64,000 bases of DNA from Podarcis pityusensis. Taxonomy: Eukaryota. The position numbers and the translations under genes were made by a program. The stretch is taken from the NCBI GenBank assembly GCA_964106645.2, contig OZ067039.1; one strand, given 5' to 3'. Shown one piece after another: positions 24,599-37,383 of the stretch (its first letter is position 1; every line of letters starts with the position of its first letter). A model generated the notes under the pieces. The model had not been told where the DNA came from, made no database searches, and saw only the letters and a program-made list of their open reading frames with translations.

Positions 24599-27500
24599 AT
24601 CTAGGCAATCAAGAGACATTATCACCATGCAAGGATATATTCTAGCCAGGCAAAAGCTCCCAATGAGAGTGCAGAGTAGGGTCATTGAGGGGTGTAGTCA
24701 AAGGATAGGAAATGTGGCCTGGGAAAAGTGCAGAGCCTGAGGGTCTCCAACCCTGTTCTGTGGTTTGTGTGGAAATTCCTTGCTTAGTGTGTCATTCACA
24801 AGTTGGAATGAGTCCAAGCAAGACTTGGCTCACATGTTGCCCCCTGACTCCTTCCTGTAGAGTTTGGGGAAGAATTTTGGAAGTTTTTTTCTGTTGGTTT
24901 TCCTTAGATTCAGCTTGTCCTTGCTTGAAAACCCAGGAACAGTACTTTGGAAGAGTATTTCTAGTTTGCATCCACATAAGTGAAGCCAGCCCACCTTGAT
25001 CCTCATCTGACTCTACCATCCACTCTATAGAGTGAGGCAAAAGCAAGCCCAGTCTGGGCAGATTGCCCTGCGTATTCTCACCCCCAAGAAAATATATTTC
25101 CTTTCCTTGCCTACTTCTTTGGTCCAGCTTCCTTTGATGCTACAAGAATGTATCCTTGGAAAGCAGTGATTGTTATGAATTGCATTTTTAAAAAAAAAAA
25201 AAATCCCATGATGTTATGCTGGTGCCCTAAGCTAAAAATTGGTTTGCAAATTCAGAGTAATCAAGTGCTCCAGCCCTGCTGGGACTGTTCCATTTCATGT
25301 GGGCAACTGAATGCTTTTGAATGCTCCTCTGTATAAACAAAGGAGCAAACCTTTCCCTCCTTAATAAACTGGAGTGCCCCTAGCCCTCAGTTCCCTCCTT
25401 CTTCTTCCCCATTCTCTTATTCTCTAAGACTATTGTTTGTATTTAGGAAATGCAATAGTCACTGGCACATGCAATAATTGTGATGTTGCTGCAAGCAAAA
25501 GACATCTATCTAAAAGCAAAAAAGCAATAACACACCCCGCCCCCCAAACCCCACAAGTATGGGCAAACATCTGCAACCAGCGTAGCTGGCCTTTTTAAAT
25601 ACTCTTGAGTAGAACAAGCTGAACAGCAGCTGAGCCAGAGCTTGCTGTAAAACTGACCTGCTCAAAAGTGAAGATGTTGTCTATTCCATTTCATCATCTT
25701 CTATAAAGATGGCCATATTTTAATCTGTTTCTCAGATGTCCTGAATTTCTGACTTTTTATTGTCTTGAGGGCACTGTGAGTTCTCTCTAGTTTATTTGCA
25801 CTTTTCCTTAAAACATGACATCTAAAAGGGGACCCTACCTATTTCGAGCTAGCTGTCTATTTATTTTCTGTAAAGAGGGGTGAAAAGAGGGGGATTGGCT
25901 TCAGTTGGCCTGCATACATGCAGTACAGGTATCAGGTGCAGAGGAGAAAAGTGTCCATTGAAAGGGCAAGGTTTCATTCCCAGTCAGCCTAGCCAAGAGC
26001 AGATGGAAAATCATCTATAGGCTAGCGTTTATTGCTAATTTGTTGGCAGGCCTGGGTTTGAACAGAAAACAGCATCGGACATAAAAAGCATGAGGCGCTC
26101 CACTGAGAACTGAAATCTAGAAGAGGGTATATTGTAGAAGCCAAGTGTTTGCTTTGGACTCTCAGTATAATGTGCAGCATGTTGATATGATTGTGTGTCA
26201 TGTGTTCTCTTGGTGTGCTGAAGGAATTGCCCACTAACCAAAAGTTCTGTTGCCTGCATAGAGATTTTTATATGTGTAGTAACACAAGTTAAACTGAAGA
26301 ATGTTAGGAAAGTATTGCAGTGGTATCAGTGGGCAAAGTTACTATACCCTCAGTACCTGACTTTGTTCTTTAAATGGCCTAATTGGGCTGGAAGGACATC
26401 TCTTAATGAAAGCATGCAACCCACTCCTTTTTGTGACGCTTTTGTGATGTTCTCAGGTCACTCCCGGGTTTGATGTGATACGTGTGTTCATGGTTGTGCA
26501 CATATTGGATGCAACTAAAACCGTCGCTGCCTGTACAGAGCCAGGAGGGGAAATATGATGTTGTTCTATTGACTAGAACCCCAGCAGGGTTACACTAGCA
26601 TTGGGAGAACATTGCAAATGATGCCTAGCTACTGTGGCACTCCTTCCATCTATGTCTTGCATATGGTGCATCTGTTTATGCAACTACAAATTGTTGTTGT
26701 CATTCTGCAACACCACAACATTGCAGTGCTAATATACTTATTACGCTAAGTGCTTTGGATGATAGACACAGGACCTGAGTAGGTTCATATAGGGAGAGGC
26801 AGTCTCTAAGGTATTGGGGGTCCCAGTGTGTATCAATACACTATTGCATTTCCCCATCCACACATGCAATTTCAGATAATTTAGGTCTCCTAGTTGTCTG
26901 AGTCATCTCCAACTTCTCGTTACTTATCCACTAAAGCCAAGAGAAAGTAGCGGAAATGCTGAATGCTTTTAGGAGGAAAAACATTACAGCATCTGAAGGC
27001 CCTTTAAATGATTCAGATACAACCCCGTCTGTAATAAGACATCTATTTTGGTTAATCTCTTAGTTGCAAATCTTGGAACTCTTGAACCTGCCTGAGGCTG
27101 CTGTCAGCAGCACTCTATTTAAGATTGCTTATTGGGAATAACTGCTATCTCCCAGTGTAACCTCTTAAAGTCACTCTTATTGCTTTGCCCAAATATACTT
27201 GCCTTGAGGATATGGAGAAAAGGTTTTATTTTTTCCTCCTTCTGCAAAAGTTGTATCGCTAAGATGATCTGAGCAAGCTGAATCAGAGGAGACTAGGCTT
27301 TTTCCAGGAGCTGAAAATAACCTCATGTTTTAGGGTATTTTAATTTTTTTAAATGTTAAATAGGGTGGTGGACTGGCATGACTATGCTTTGATTACTGGC
27401 AGGTAAAGGGTTTGAGTAGACAGGGAAATCTTAATCTTTTAGACTCACTACTTTGCAACAACAATCTCTACCTGCAGTTGAATTGGGAGCCAGTCTTGTA

Positions 27501-27635
27501 TAGCATGTCTGCATTGCAGGTTATGTCACTTCATTCTGGTTTACTGACAACTTGTTGACCTCTTTGTCTTCTCTGCTCCTGAATATACCATTCTTCAGTT
27601 CCATCGTAATTGTGTCTCTTGAGTTTATGGGCAAT

Positions 27636-27815
27636 TATTTATTGCATTTATATCCCACCTTTTTCTCCAAGGAGCTTACGGTGGTGTACGTGGTTCTCCC
27701 CCTCCTCAATCCTCACTGTGGGGGAGGTTAGGCTGGGAGTCAGTGACTGGTCCAATGCCACTCAGTGAACTTGATGGCCAGGTGGCGATTTGAACCCCGG
27801 TTTCACAGATCCTTG
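27636..27815 (-). mobile_element. MIR/Squam3-like SINE fragment
   Basis: tttatatcccacc...gtgactggtccaatgccactcag...gatttgaacccc. Confidence 0.7.
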
Positions 27816-27817
27816 TG

Positions 27818-28043
27818 CAGTGATACCTCAGGTTACATACGCTTCAGGTTACAGACTCCGCTAACCCAGAAATAGTACTTCAGTTTAAGAACTTTGCTTC
27901 AGGATGAGAACAGAAATCGTGCTCCAGGGGCGCGGCAGCAGCAGGAGGCCCCATTAGCTAAAGTGGTGCTTCAGGTTAAGAACAGTTTCAGGTTAAGTAC
28001 AGACCTCCGGAACAAATTAAGTACTTAACCCGAGGTACCACTG
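27818..28043 (-). mobile_element. Tc1/mariner-pogo MITE, inverted sister of 22468-22709
   Basis: TIR cagtgatacctcaggtta/taacccgaggtaccactg; TG left and TA right; body is the reverse complement of the 22468 copy. Confidence 0.93.
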
Positions 28044-28057
28044 TATGACATTGTGAC

Positions 28058-28760
28058 TAGGCCTGGGCAATATATCGCCCAGGACCAGTATGAGGAGCAG
28101 ACTGTGATGTCGCTAGCAGCATCTGCTGGAGGGAGTCAAGAGTTCCTTCCTCCAGCAGGCGCTGCTAGCAGAGGGACTTGGGAGCGTTGGCGGTTTCACC
28201 AGCGCTATATCGCTGAGTGAAACTGACATCCCACTCTGCCCTCATACAACGGAGAGGGGAGGGAGAAACAAACTGTACTGGTAATACAGCTTGTTCCTCC
28301 CTCTACAACTTTTAACTGCTCAACTGAGGAGTGTGCAGCTGTCCTTGCCTCAGTTGAGCAGTTAAAGGAGCCCCCAGCCCGGTGCTGGTTCCTGCAAGCC
28401 AGAGGCAGGGTGAGGGCTCTGTAAAACTGCTCAGCTGAGGGCAGCGCAGTTGCCGCTCCCTGCAGCGAGTAGTTAAAGGAGCCCCAATGCTCCGCTGGCG
28501 AAGGGCAAGAGCACTGGGGCTGTCTCCGCTGGGGGGAATGTTTCCTCCCCCCAGTCGAGCTGCGCAAACAAGCTGCATTGTCCCAGCCTGCGGTGAAACC
28601 GCCTCAGCCCTCGAGGTGAGAGCTGGGGCAGTTTCTCCTGGTGTCTCGCAGGCAGAGGCCAATGAATCTTGTTTTTGCAACAACGCAGTATATTGCCAAA
28701 CCTCGGTTTGGCTGGCGATACACCACGATGTTGAAAAGCTGATATTGCCCACTGCCCCTG
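28058..28760. mobile_element. GC-rich non-autonomous DNA transposon-like element with internal hairpins
   Basis: Terminal inverted match tgggcaatat/atattgccca, CpG-rich, several internal inverted repeats; no clear TSD. Confidence 0.55.
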
Positions 28761-29164
28761 ACTGGACTCAGTCCTGCAGCTGATATTGCCCACTGGACAA
28801 AGATGTGTAGTCAGAGTTTACACTTTTGATTTTTCCTGTTACTATTCTGACTAAGCATGTCTGTGATAAATTCATATTGCAGATCCTTATAACTGCAACA
28901 GGGTTGGTGAAGAAACTTGGAAATAGGGTATGAAAGAGTCACTGGGTAGGAAGCGAACCATGCCCTTTCATCTTTGTACAGAATAAATTAAGAAAAGGAC
29001 AAAGCCAGAGGCTGAATTTCTGACCATCGGGTCATCTACTGCAACATCAGGTCTTGAGACATGCAAGTCCAAGACATTTTTTTCCTGAGGCAAATTTTCA
29101 GACTGGGCTCCCTCCATTCCTTATTACAAAAGCATTACTTCAATGCTGGTGGTAAAAGTGTCCT

Positions 29165-29560
29165 CCACTGCAATACGCTTTACATGGAGCTGCCTTTGAA
29201 AATGGTTCAGAAGTTTCAATGAGCACAGTATGTAGCTGCTGACTTTTACTGGTTTAACGTGAACAAATGATATAGCACACTAATTCTGTTGCAGCTACAC
29301 TGGCTTCCTGTACACTTCTAAGGCCAATTCAAAGTGCTGGTTTTGACCTATAAAGGTCCTTAAGACTCAGGACCTCAATGTATTCTGGAACTTCTCTTCT
29401 GATAGGAACCTTCCCAGACCTTTAGATGTCCTTTGTAGACCCTTCTTTGAGGGATGCACAAAGGAGGATGGTCTTTTCAGTTGTGACTCCCCATCTGTAG
29501 AATACTCTCCTCCACCTAGTACCTTCAATGTCAGGTAAAAGCTTATATTTTTACCAAGGG
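29165..29560 (+). mobile_element. L2 LINE 3' fragment
   Basis: cagctacactggcttcctg...attcaaagtgctggttttgacctataaag (LHWLP..FKVL.LTYK-like). Confidence 0.75.
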
Positions 29561-32500
29561 CTATTGATGGACTAGAATGATAATGCTTTTGAGGTTGGTG
29601 TGCTACCAAAGATTCCTGTGGCTGTGTGTGTTGTTTTGTGTATGTTTTATGAATTGCATGTGTTTTTGTATGAACGTGTCAGTATTGTGATGTTTATGTT
29701 TTAAGTATATTGCGAGTTGCTTGGAGACCTCTATATAACTAGTGACTAAAAAAATAAAATAATAGCTGAGGGTAGCAGGGTATCTTGGAGGCAGGGTAGA
29801 GTCAGGTATGTTGACACAGTAGTTCCAGCACACAGAGCTGTTACAACTATTCATTTCAGGTTCCTTTCCAGCAGCATCAACTGCCTCAGGCAGGTGCCTC
29901 ACTTTGTCCAATAGTAGGATTGGCCCTGTACATTTTCAGACTTATGGCTAGAGTTGACATACCCGAGTTTCTACTCCTTAGCCCCTACTCTACTCCTACG
30001 TATTTTATTTCACCTTTTACATGTGTTTCAAGGCAGCTAGCAATAAAACTAAAGCACCATAATGAACAACAGCAATAAAAACAGCAACAAGCAGCATAAA
30101 ATCAATAAAAAGGACCAGAACAATGAATTGAGGTGTCACTGAGAGGAAGAGAGAACCCAAGAGAATAGGGTGGACTTGAAAGTTATGGCATAGAGCAGTA
30201 GTGAAGGAGCCAGACACATATACCTATGGATGGAGTTACATTGTTTGTATGTTACACTGAGAGGGACCTTTCTCCAAGAGCTTGCAACCTAACCTCAGAA
30301 GGTGGGGTGAAGATTCTGGAAAGGAAAAAAGTCAATTCTTGCCAATACCAGATACCAGAATATCTAGGGTGTTAAAGGCCACAGGTAGCACCTTACCTTG
30401 GGCCTGGAAACAAACTTGCAACCACTGTGTAGCTCTTTCAATACTGACATTATAATAATCATATTGAAAATACACGAACAAAGAAGGGTGCATTCTGAAA
30501 AGAATATGTTGATTCAGGGATATGTCTATGAATATCTATTCACAGCACATGAACAGTGAAAGGGGAGGGGGAAACATATACAAATATAATAGTGCAAGCT
30601 AGAAATAGTCCAACATTTAGGAAAATCTTAAAAGACAGAACACAATAGCAAAAGCTTTTGCTATGTGATTTTTGCATGGCCTTGATTTTCCACTGCTCAC
30701 ATTTCAGACAGTGGTATGGTGTAAAATTGTGTCTTCTTTTGTTGAAAATGAATTATTGATCTGTACCTGGCCCATAAGGTTTAGAAGTACTTCACACATG
30801 GATCTTGCACATCATGGTTTCATCTTCTGTCCGCCCCCTTCCAGTGGATGCTGGGAAGCTGGACCAGAGCCTATGACACAATGGCCGAGTTGCCTGTAGT
30901 GTAGGTCAGGGTTGTGAGCATCTATACTTGGAGCAGTCCTGGATGATGTGTTGGTCTCTAGTCAGATTTCTTAGGTCAGTGGCAAGAGTTGGAAAAAATG
31001 AAATTTTGGAGGCGAAAGGTTCTTTTCTGTTTACCAGATAATGGTAGAAGGCTTATTTATAATAGGTCTCACCAGGCAGAAACTTCACGTTGCTGCCAAT
31101 ATCAGGGACTGATGGCTTCACGTCTCTTTAGTTAGGCCCCAGGTGTAGAACATGAAGTTTCTGGTTCAGCCTTTGGGGTTCCTGGCATGGGAAAGGCTTG
31201 GGAAATGAATGGAGTCAGGTGACCCAGCATGCTTCCAAATGCAGGCTTATTTTCCAAATGGGTAATTGAGATGTTGCAAATGGGTCACTGGCAACAGCCT
31301 TTTTGTTTTTATTTTACTTACTAGATTTCCCCTGGAAGGGGTAAATCTGGATTAAATTGTTGAAAAATACAGGCTGGCATTTTGAGGACATTATTTGGAT
31401 TCTGCAAAAGAACTTGTAGGCATAAGAACCTTCCACCCCACAAGAAACACGCATCTAGTAGCACCTCCAGTGTACCACTAGAATTCAGAGTGAATTTCTT
31501 CTTTTCCCCTAGACAAGGAACGGATATAACAAATTATCCCTGTCTCCAGAAGTTAAGAAGCACTTGAGGAAATTATAATGCAGGTGGTTAATAAGCGAGC
31601 TTTCTCCTTTTTTTATTTATGAGGATCTGTGAAGTTGAACAAAACATTTCTTAAACATCTCCATTAACTCTTAAGGTATGGATCACCATAATCAAATATG
31701 TAAGATAAATAGGAGAGTTGGTGAAAAGTGTAAAGGGGGGAGATGAATGGGATTGAATGAAGTTGTTTGTGCAATTTTCGCTATCGTGGTCTGCTGCCAT
31801 GCTAATAATGAATATATGCATTATTAATAACAGTGTTTATTCTCATAAACCAAGTACAGCAAGTTAATATTTAATCCAAATCATGCAAGAAGCCCCATCC
31901 ACTCTTTCTCAGGTCTCCATTCTTCTTCCTTCGTTTGACTTGCCTTCAAAATAATGTCAATGCTAACACAAGTTCTACTTCTTGATCCAAAAATTCTTGT
32001 TTCCTTTCCAAATCCACTAGGTTTTCTTTTTTGATAAATCTGCCTTGCAGTCATTGTAGGCCAGGAGGTTTTATATTGGTGACTCAAGTGAGGAAGCATT
32101 ATGTATTATTGGTGATATCTGTGTTCTTACATTGTTTTGTCTTTGTTCTCAGAACCCATGATGTGTTGCTACCACAAGCGAAGCACACATTATCGAGAAT
32201 GACTAAATGTTTATGCAGCCAAACAATTATAAATCTATTATTTGATGTGACTGCTCTGCACAGAAATACTTGACGTACAGCAAAAAACTCATAATAGTTA
32301 ATGAATTGGTGGGCCCAAACAGGAATAACTAAAATAAGGATTGGTAGATGACTTTTCCAAGGAAACTTCCTTGTTCAGGATCAGGAAAATAGAACTCAAA
32401 ATACCATTCTTCCAATTTATTTTTCCCAGGACTTTTAACACTTTCATTGCCTCTTCCTTCAACACTTGTTTCACCTTTTGATCTCTGAAACTACTGCCCC

Positions 32501-34992
32501 TTGGAATTGACTCAAATATGCCTGGAAAATCAGGACATTGAAACTCGCCTTCTGATATTGAAAATAAAACTACACACTGCACCTTGCCCTTCCACATTTA
32601 ATTTCACCTGAAAATTATATGCAGTATGGAAGATACAGGGACAGGAATATAATTTTTTCCTAAAGTACTTATGTCCTGATTTGATGGGTTATACATGTAT
32701 TGGAGAAGGTAGCCTATCTTTCTGGCAGACTTTTGCACCTAGTTCTGTAGTAACTTCTTGCTACCCTTTTATGAATTAGTATTTTCACCTTTGTGTTGGT
32801 AAATAAATATACAATAAGTGTATTAAGCATGCATACTTTCCTAATCTCTCACTAACAGATGAGCATTGCTTTTCGTTCTTTTATTGTCCATCGAAGTTGG
32901 GTATAACTTGCAATATTGGTGAAGCAGTTTAATGATATATAAATAAGAACCTTCCTGCCAGTAGCTTTGTCAACAATGAACCATGCATCATTTCTAAGTA
33001 TCCTTAGGCCTCTTCACACATCAAACGTAGGAAGCTGGTGCATTCATTGAAAGGGGCAGTGGGCCCAGCATTTCTTTAGCAAGGCACCTTCGTCTCTTCT
33101 GTATAGCAAATCTACTCTTTCCTTCTAGGAATGACAGTCCTGCCCCTTTGGAAGCTACAGTGCTTTCTGCCACCGGCGCCTGTGTTGTTATTTCTAGAGA
33201 GGATTTATAGCATTTTGGGATAAGGCTCCAATGAAGTTATTAATCAGAGAGATGGAAGAGTCCAGCACAGTTTATGGTGTGATGTGGATGAAAAGAGAAT
33301 TCTGAATATTAATGTCTCAGATAATGATTAGGAGATAGAGAAGAATTTGAGGGGGGGATGTAGGAAGGAAGGACAGGAAGCATTGTGGGTAAATATATGC
33401 AGCTTCTGGTGGTGATTACCCTCCAAGTAATTAGTTTTTAAAGCAGGCAGACGTTTCAGGAGCCACTTACTCTGAGCTGCTTTAATTATTTATGTTCTCT
33501 TTTATTCTTAATATTTATGGCGGGTCCTCTTTTAAACAGGAGTCGCGTGGTGCAATGGGGCCACTCATCCTGAACAGAGATCCCTCTCTGTCACAGGTCC
33601 CATTCCTCTTCCTCCCCCACCCCAAACTGGATATTCATTGACAACAGCCCCTGGCTGGAGTCAGTCCTGCAGACAAGTTTATCTCTGTGTTTTCTCTCTC
33701 CCCTCTCCTTTCGATAGGATGACAAATGGGATGTCAAGAATTCCACAAGACCCCCGCCCTGCACTGCAGAAACTTCTCACTCTCCTCCATTAAGGCAGCA
33801 AACAGTAAACAATGCCTGTGCCCCCGCTTCTAAATAAGCTTTATAGAAATATAGTAATATTCCAACCAAATAATCATGGCAGCCACCTGGGATAATTGCG
33901 TTTTATGAAATGGGTTCTGTGGGTGGGGGAGTAAAATATAAAAATGCACCAGGGGGGGAAAATGCAACCCAACCCCTAGATCGTCTCCCTAATTTCAGTT
34001 GTGTCTTGTATCTCTGCGTGCACTACATTCCCAACCTGTCATCCAGCACACGTGTGCACATTTTTAAAAAAATTATTTTGCAAAGCATGTAACACTTAGA
34101 AAATCAGTTGACTTTCAAACGATAGGGGTGGCTTGGTCCAGGGAGTCTTATTTTAAATATGTATGTAGTTTTTGGTTGTATGTAGTTTGTTATCTGCTTT
34201 GAACCTTTGGTTTATAAATGTGTCAGACAGAACAACCTCACAGGGTTGCTGTGTGGATAAAGTGTGTGTGTGCTGGAAGCTGTCACATATGCTGCTTTGA
34301 GCTCATTGGAGAAAAGGGAGAAGAGGCAAGGTATGAATTGAATGATCTATAGTGTCCTAGTGTGATCTACATTGGTAAGCATTGCAGAGACAAAGGCACA
34401 CACACACCTGTGTCACTGATGCCACTTGTGCCCCACATTGAATATCCCAGGTTACACAGAATTTTAGAGTTACAAGAAGGGAAGTCTCACTGCACAGTAC
34501 AAGGGACTTTTGGATACAGCAACAAGGAGTCACTATTCAGTTGCCAAATAATTCCACCACCCAGCTCATAGGAAGCTGCCCTATACGGAATTGGACCATT
34601 GGTTTGTCTAACTCAGTATGGTCTCCACTGGCTGCCAGTGGCTGTCCATGGTTTCGGATAGGAGTCTATCCTAGTCCTACCTGGATATGCTGGGGATTGA
34701 ACCTGCATGCAAAGCAGAGCTAGGTCCTGCTCACTGAGCTACGGCCTTTCTCTAGGTCTCAGCCTAAAACGGATTGCAGTAGTGTCAAATCTATATATTT
34801 GCCTTCCTCCCACCAATGGCTCAGCAAACATGCATAGTCTTGAAGGATGGAGATGTTGTTACCGTCTGCAACCCACACTATGGAAAACAATATAAATGTT
34901 AAGACAATAAGATCGAAAAGATAAAATTTGTTTTTTGGTAGCATTTGATACCATAGTTCAAGAAGATACAGAGCAGGGTGGTGATGGGAGAA

Positions 34993-35195
34993 ACCATATT
35001 AGTTTGCTGCAGAAAAATCAACCAAGTCAGAATTGGCCCCTTAAAGACTAGCAGATTTATTGTGGCAAAGGCTTTCTTGGGTCAGAGCCCAGTTTTTAAA
35101 AGCAATAAAGTGATACAGTGGGCTGTGGCCCAGGAAATCTTACACCACAAAAAATGGGTGAGTTGTTAAAGGTGCCACAGGATCCCTTGTTTTTT
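34993..35195. mobile_element. Penelope-derived inverted (head-to-head) fragment
   Basis: ccttaaagactagcagatttattgtggc...gctttc mirrored by ggaaatcttacaccac...aaaggtgccacagga. Confidence 0.6.
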
Positions 35196-35506
35196 ATTAA
35201 CCAAGAAGTGTTTTTAAGTGTAGTCACTGACAACTGTTTGGGGGCCATGCTCGAATTGTTCGCCTCATGCTGCTAGGATGATCCTACAGAATGGCGATGA
35301 GGAATGTATTGGCCTCTCTTCATACACTTCCTGTGGAGTTCTGTTCCACCTCCTCCTGTTGTTACTGGCTCGGGCCGGAGGACAAAACTACATAGAAATA
35401 TGGAGTAAGGTATGACTGTACTGTGCTGGCGATGCCCAGTTTGGTAGATTTATTTTTGGGCTGTGGCTGAAGGTGGTAGAGCCAACTGAACACAGGCTCT
35501 AAAATT

Positions 35507-36080
35507 ATGAGAAAGGGAGAAAAACCTCTCTGTCCACTTATTCCATACCTTGTTTCATTTAATACACCTCTATCATGTCCCTCCTCTCACCATTTTTCTA
35601 ACCTGAAAAGCCCCAACTGCTGAAACCTTTCCACATATGGAAGTTTCTTCAGCATCTTGATAATTTAGGTTGCCTTTTTCTGCAACTTTTCCAATTCTAT
35701 GGTATCGTTTTTGAGGCAAGGTGACTAGAAATGCACACGGTATGCCAAGTTTGTCTTAATTTTAACACCCTACCTTGTTTTTTACAATGTTAATTATTTT
35801 ATAATTCTCATTGTTTTTAATAATTTACATTCAATAGTATGCTTAACATATTTTATTGTGTTTTGTGTTTTCTTCTTGACCAATATATGTGCTAAGTTTG
35901 TAATTAATAAGTCATTACAATAATGGAGTTATATTTTTGATCCTTTTTGTAATAATCCTTAATATGGCATTTGTGTTTTTTTCACAGCTGCCATGCACTG
36001 GGTCAACCCTTTAATGGAACTATTCACCACCACTACCACCCCAAGATCCCTTTCCCAGGATCAGTTGGTAAGACCTCATC
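35507..36080 (-). mobile_element. CR1 LINE fragment
   Basis: aacctctctgtccac...cacctctatcatgtccc...ctgcaactttttccaattc...gtgactagaaatgcacacggtatgccaagt. Confidence 0.75.
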
Positions 36081-37364
36081 TGCATCTGTTGTAAACCACC
36101 TAAAGGTTTTGGGGTGTTGTTGTTTTACAATCAAGTGGTAGAGTGAGTGGTTACTTTTTAACTTGCATCACCACTATTTGCCTCAATTCCGTCAGATTCC
36201 ATTCCTGAAAATATCAGTTCAGGAACGGCAATCTTCCGTACTGCTTCTGCACTGAAGATGGGGGCAGGGGGAGAGACACTCAAGCATCTCTGCAAAATAA
36301 GTTACTATCTTTCTCACCATCCCATTTTTGTTGCATCTTTTGGTCCATTTGCAAAAGAACCTTTAGAAGCTGGGAGAGCAGTTGGGCAAAAGCGTAGTTC
36401 CCAGCTAAAGCTTACACAAAATATACCTTTTGGCCCCGAAGACAACAATAATCCTTCTGACATTTTCCATTTGAAACATTTATTTTTGGGAAATACATAT
36501 TAAACACTATTATTTATACAAAACAGAACTAAATTTGTCATAATGCATACAATCCTCAAAAAGGCCATTTTTTAATAGATTTGGATGATTTATTTTTTTG
36601 GTTTCATTCGGTAAAACCTCCCCCCGCCCCGAAGTACAATATAAAAGGAGAAAGCCATTTTTGTCTTGCTTTCGCTGGCTGAGATATTGGCAAACAAGAT
36701 ACAATGCATTTTTATTTTTATGTTGCTGAAGTGCATCTAAAAAAACCAAGAGACATTCTCTATTACCCTTTTCATAGTCTTAAACACTTGAAATATATAT
36801 ATTTTTAGTTAATACAAATTTTATTTTGCTAAAATATAGCAAGTCAGCAAGTAAAAAAAATAATTTTCCTCAGCTTAACACAGCTCAGTAAAGAGTCCTC
36901 CGTTTATTCATTTTTACGTTTGGGAGGCACAACACAAAAAGTTAACATGGCAGGCTTAGATTTAACTTGCAACACAAAAACAACAACAACGTATGAGTGC
37001 CTCTGAGCAAAGAATATGTGCAGATGCATCCATTGAGGGCCATGAGTGGCAAAACAAGTGAACTAAATGCCTGACACAGTTTTTGAGTCATAAAGGAAAG
37101 CACTTGTCAGGGAACACTGTGGAAGCAGCAAGTAAGCTCATGGGAAGTCTTGGTTAGAGTCAATTTGTAGGCTTGCATCCTAAGGTCATGCAAGACAAAG
37201 TGGGCACTGGCTGAGATCCCTGTGTGCTGTGTGTTAAAGTGTGAAGCATTCCCCTTAGGCATGCTGAGAGTGGGCTACATCAGTGCCAGTGAGAGCAAGA
37301 TGAAAACTTATCATTTGCCTTTTCTGAAAGCCAGGAATCAGCATGCCCGTTCTGTTCTTTGCAG

Positions 37365-37383
37365 CTCCACAAGAGGGCAGCAT
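37365..37383 (+). promoter_or_regulatory. Candidate CTCF site
   Basis: CTCCACAAGAGGGCAGCA closely fits the CCASYAGRKGGCRS core. Confidence 0.5.

Noticed and set aside
26294-26311. CTGAAGA...GAAA hammerhead-like spacing
   Set aside because: No stem II and no flanking stems I or III
28205-28793. Several 98-146 aa ORFs
   Set aside because: GC-rich repeat with few stops; no transposase or other motifs
31881-33010. Protein-like minus-strand ORF pieces (possible pseudogene or endogenous viral fragment)
   Set aside because: Hand translation of the frames examined gave no recognisable family and frequent stops; only a TBLASTX/BLASTX hit would revive it
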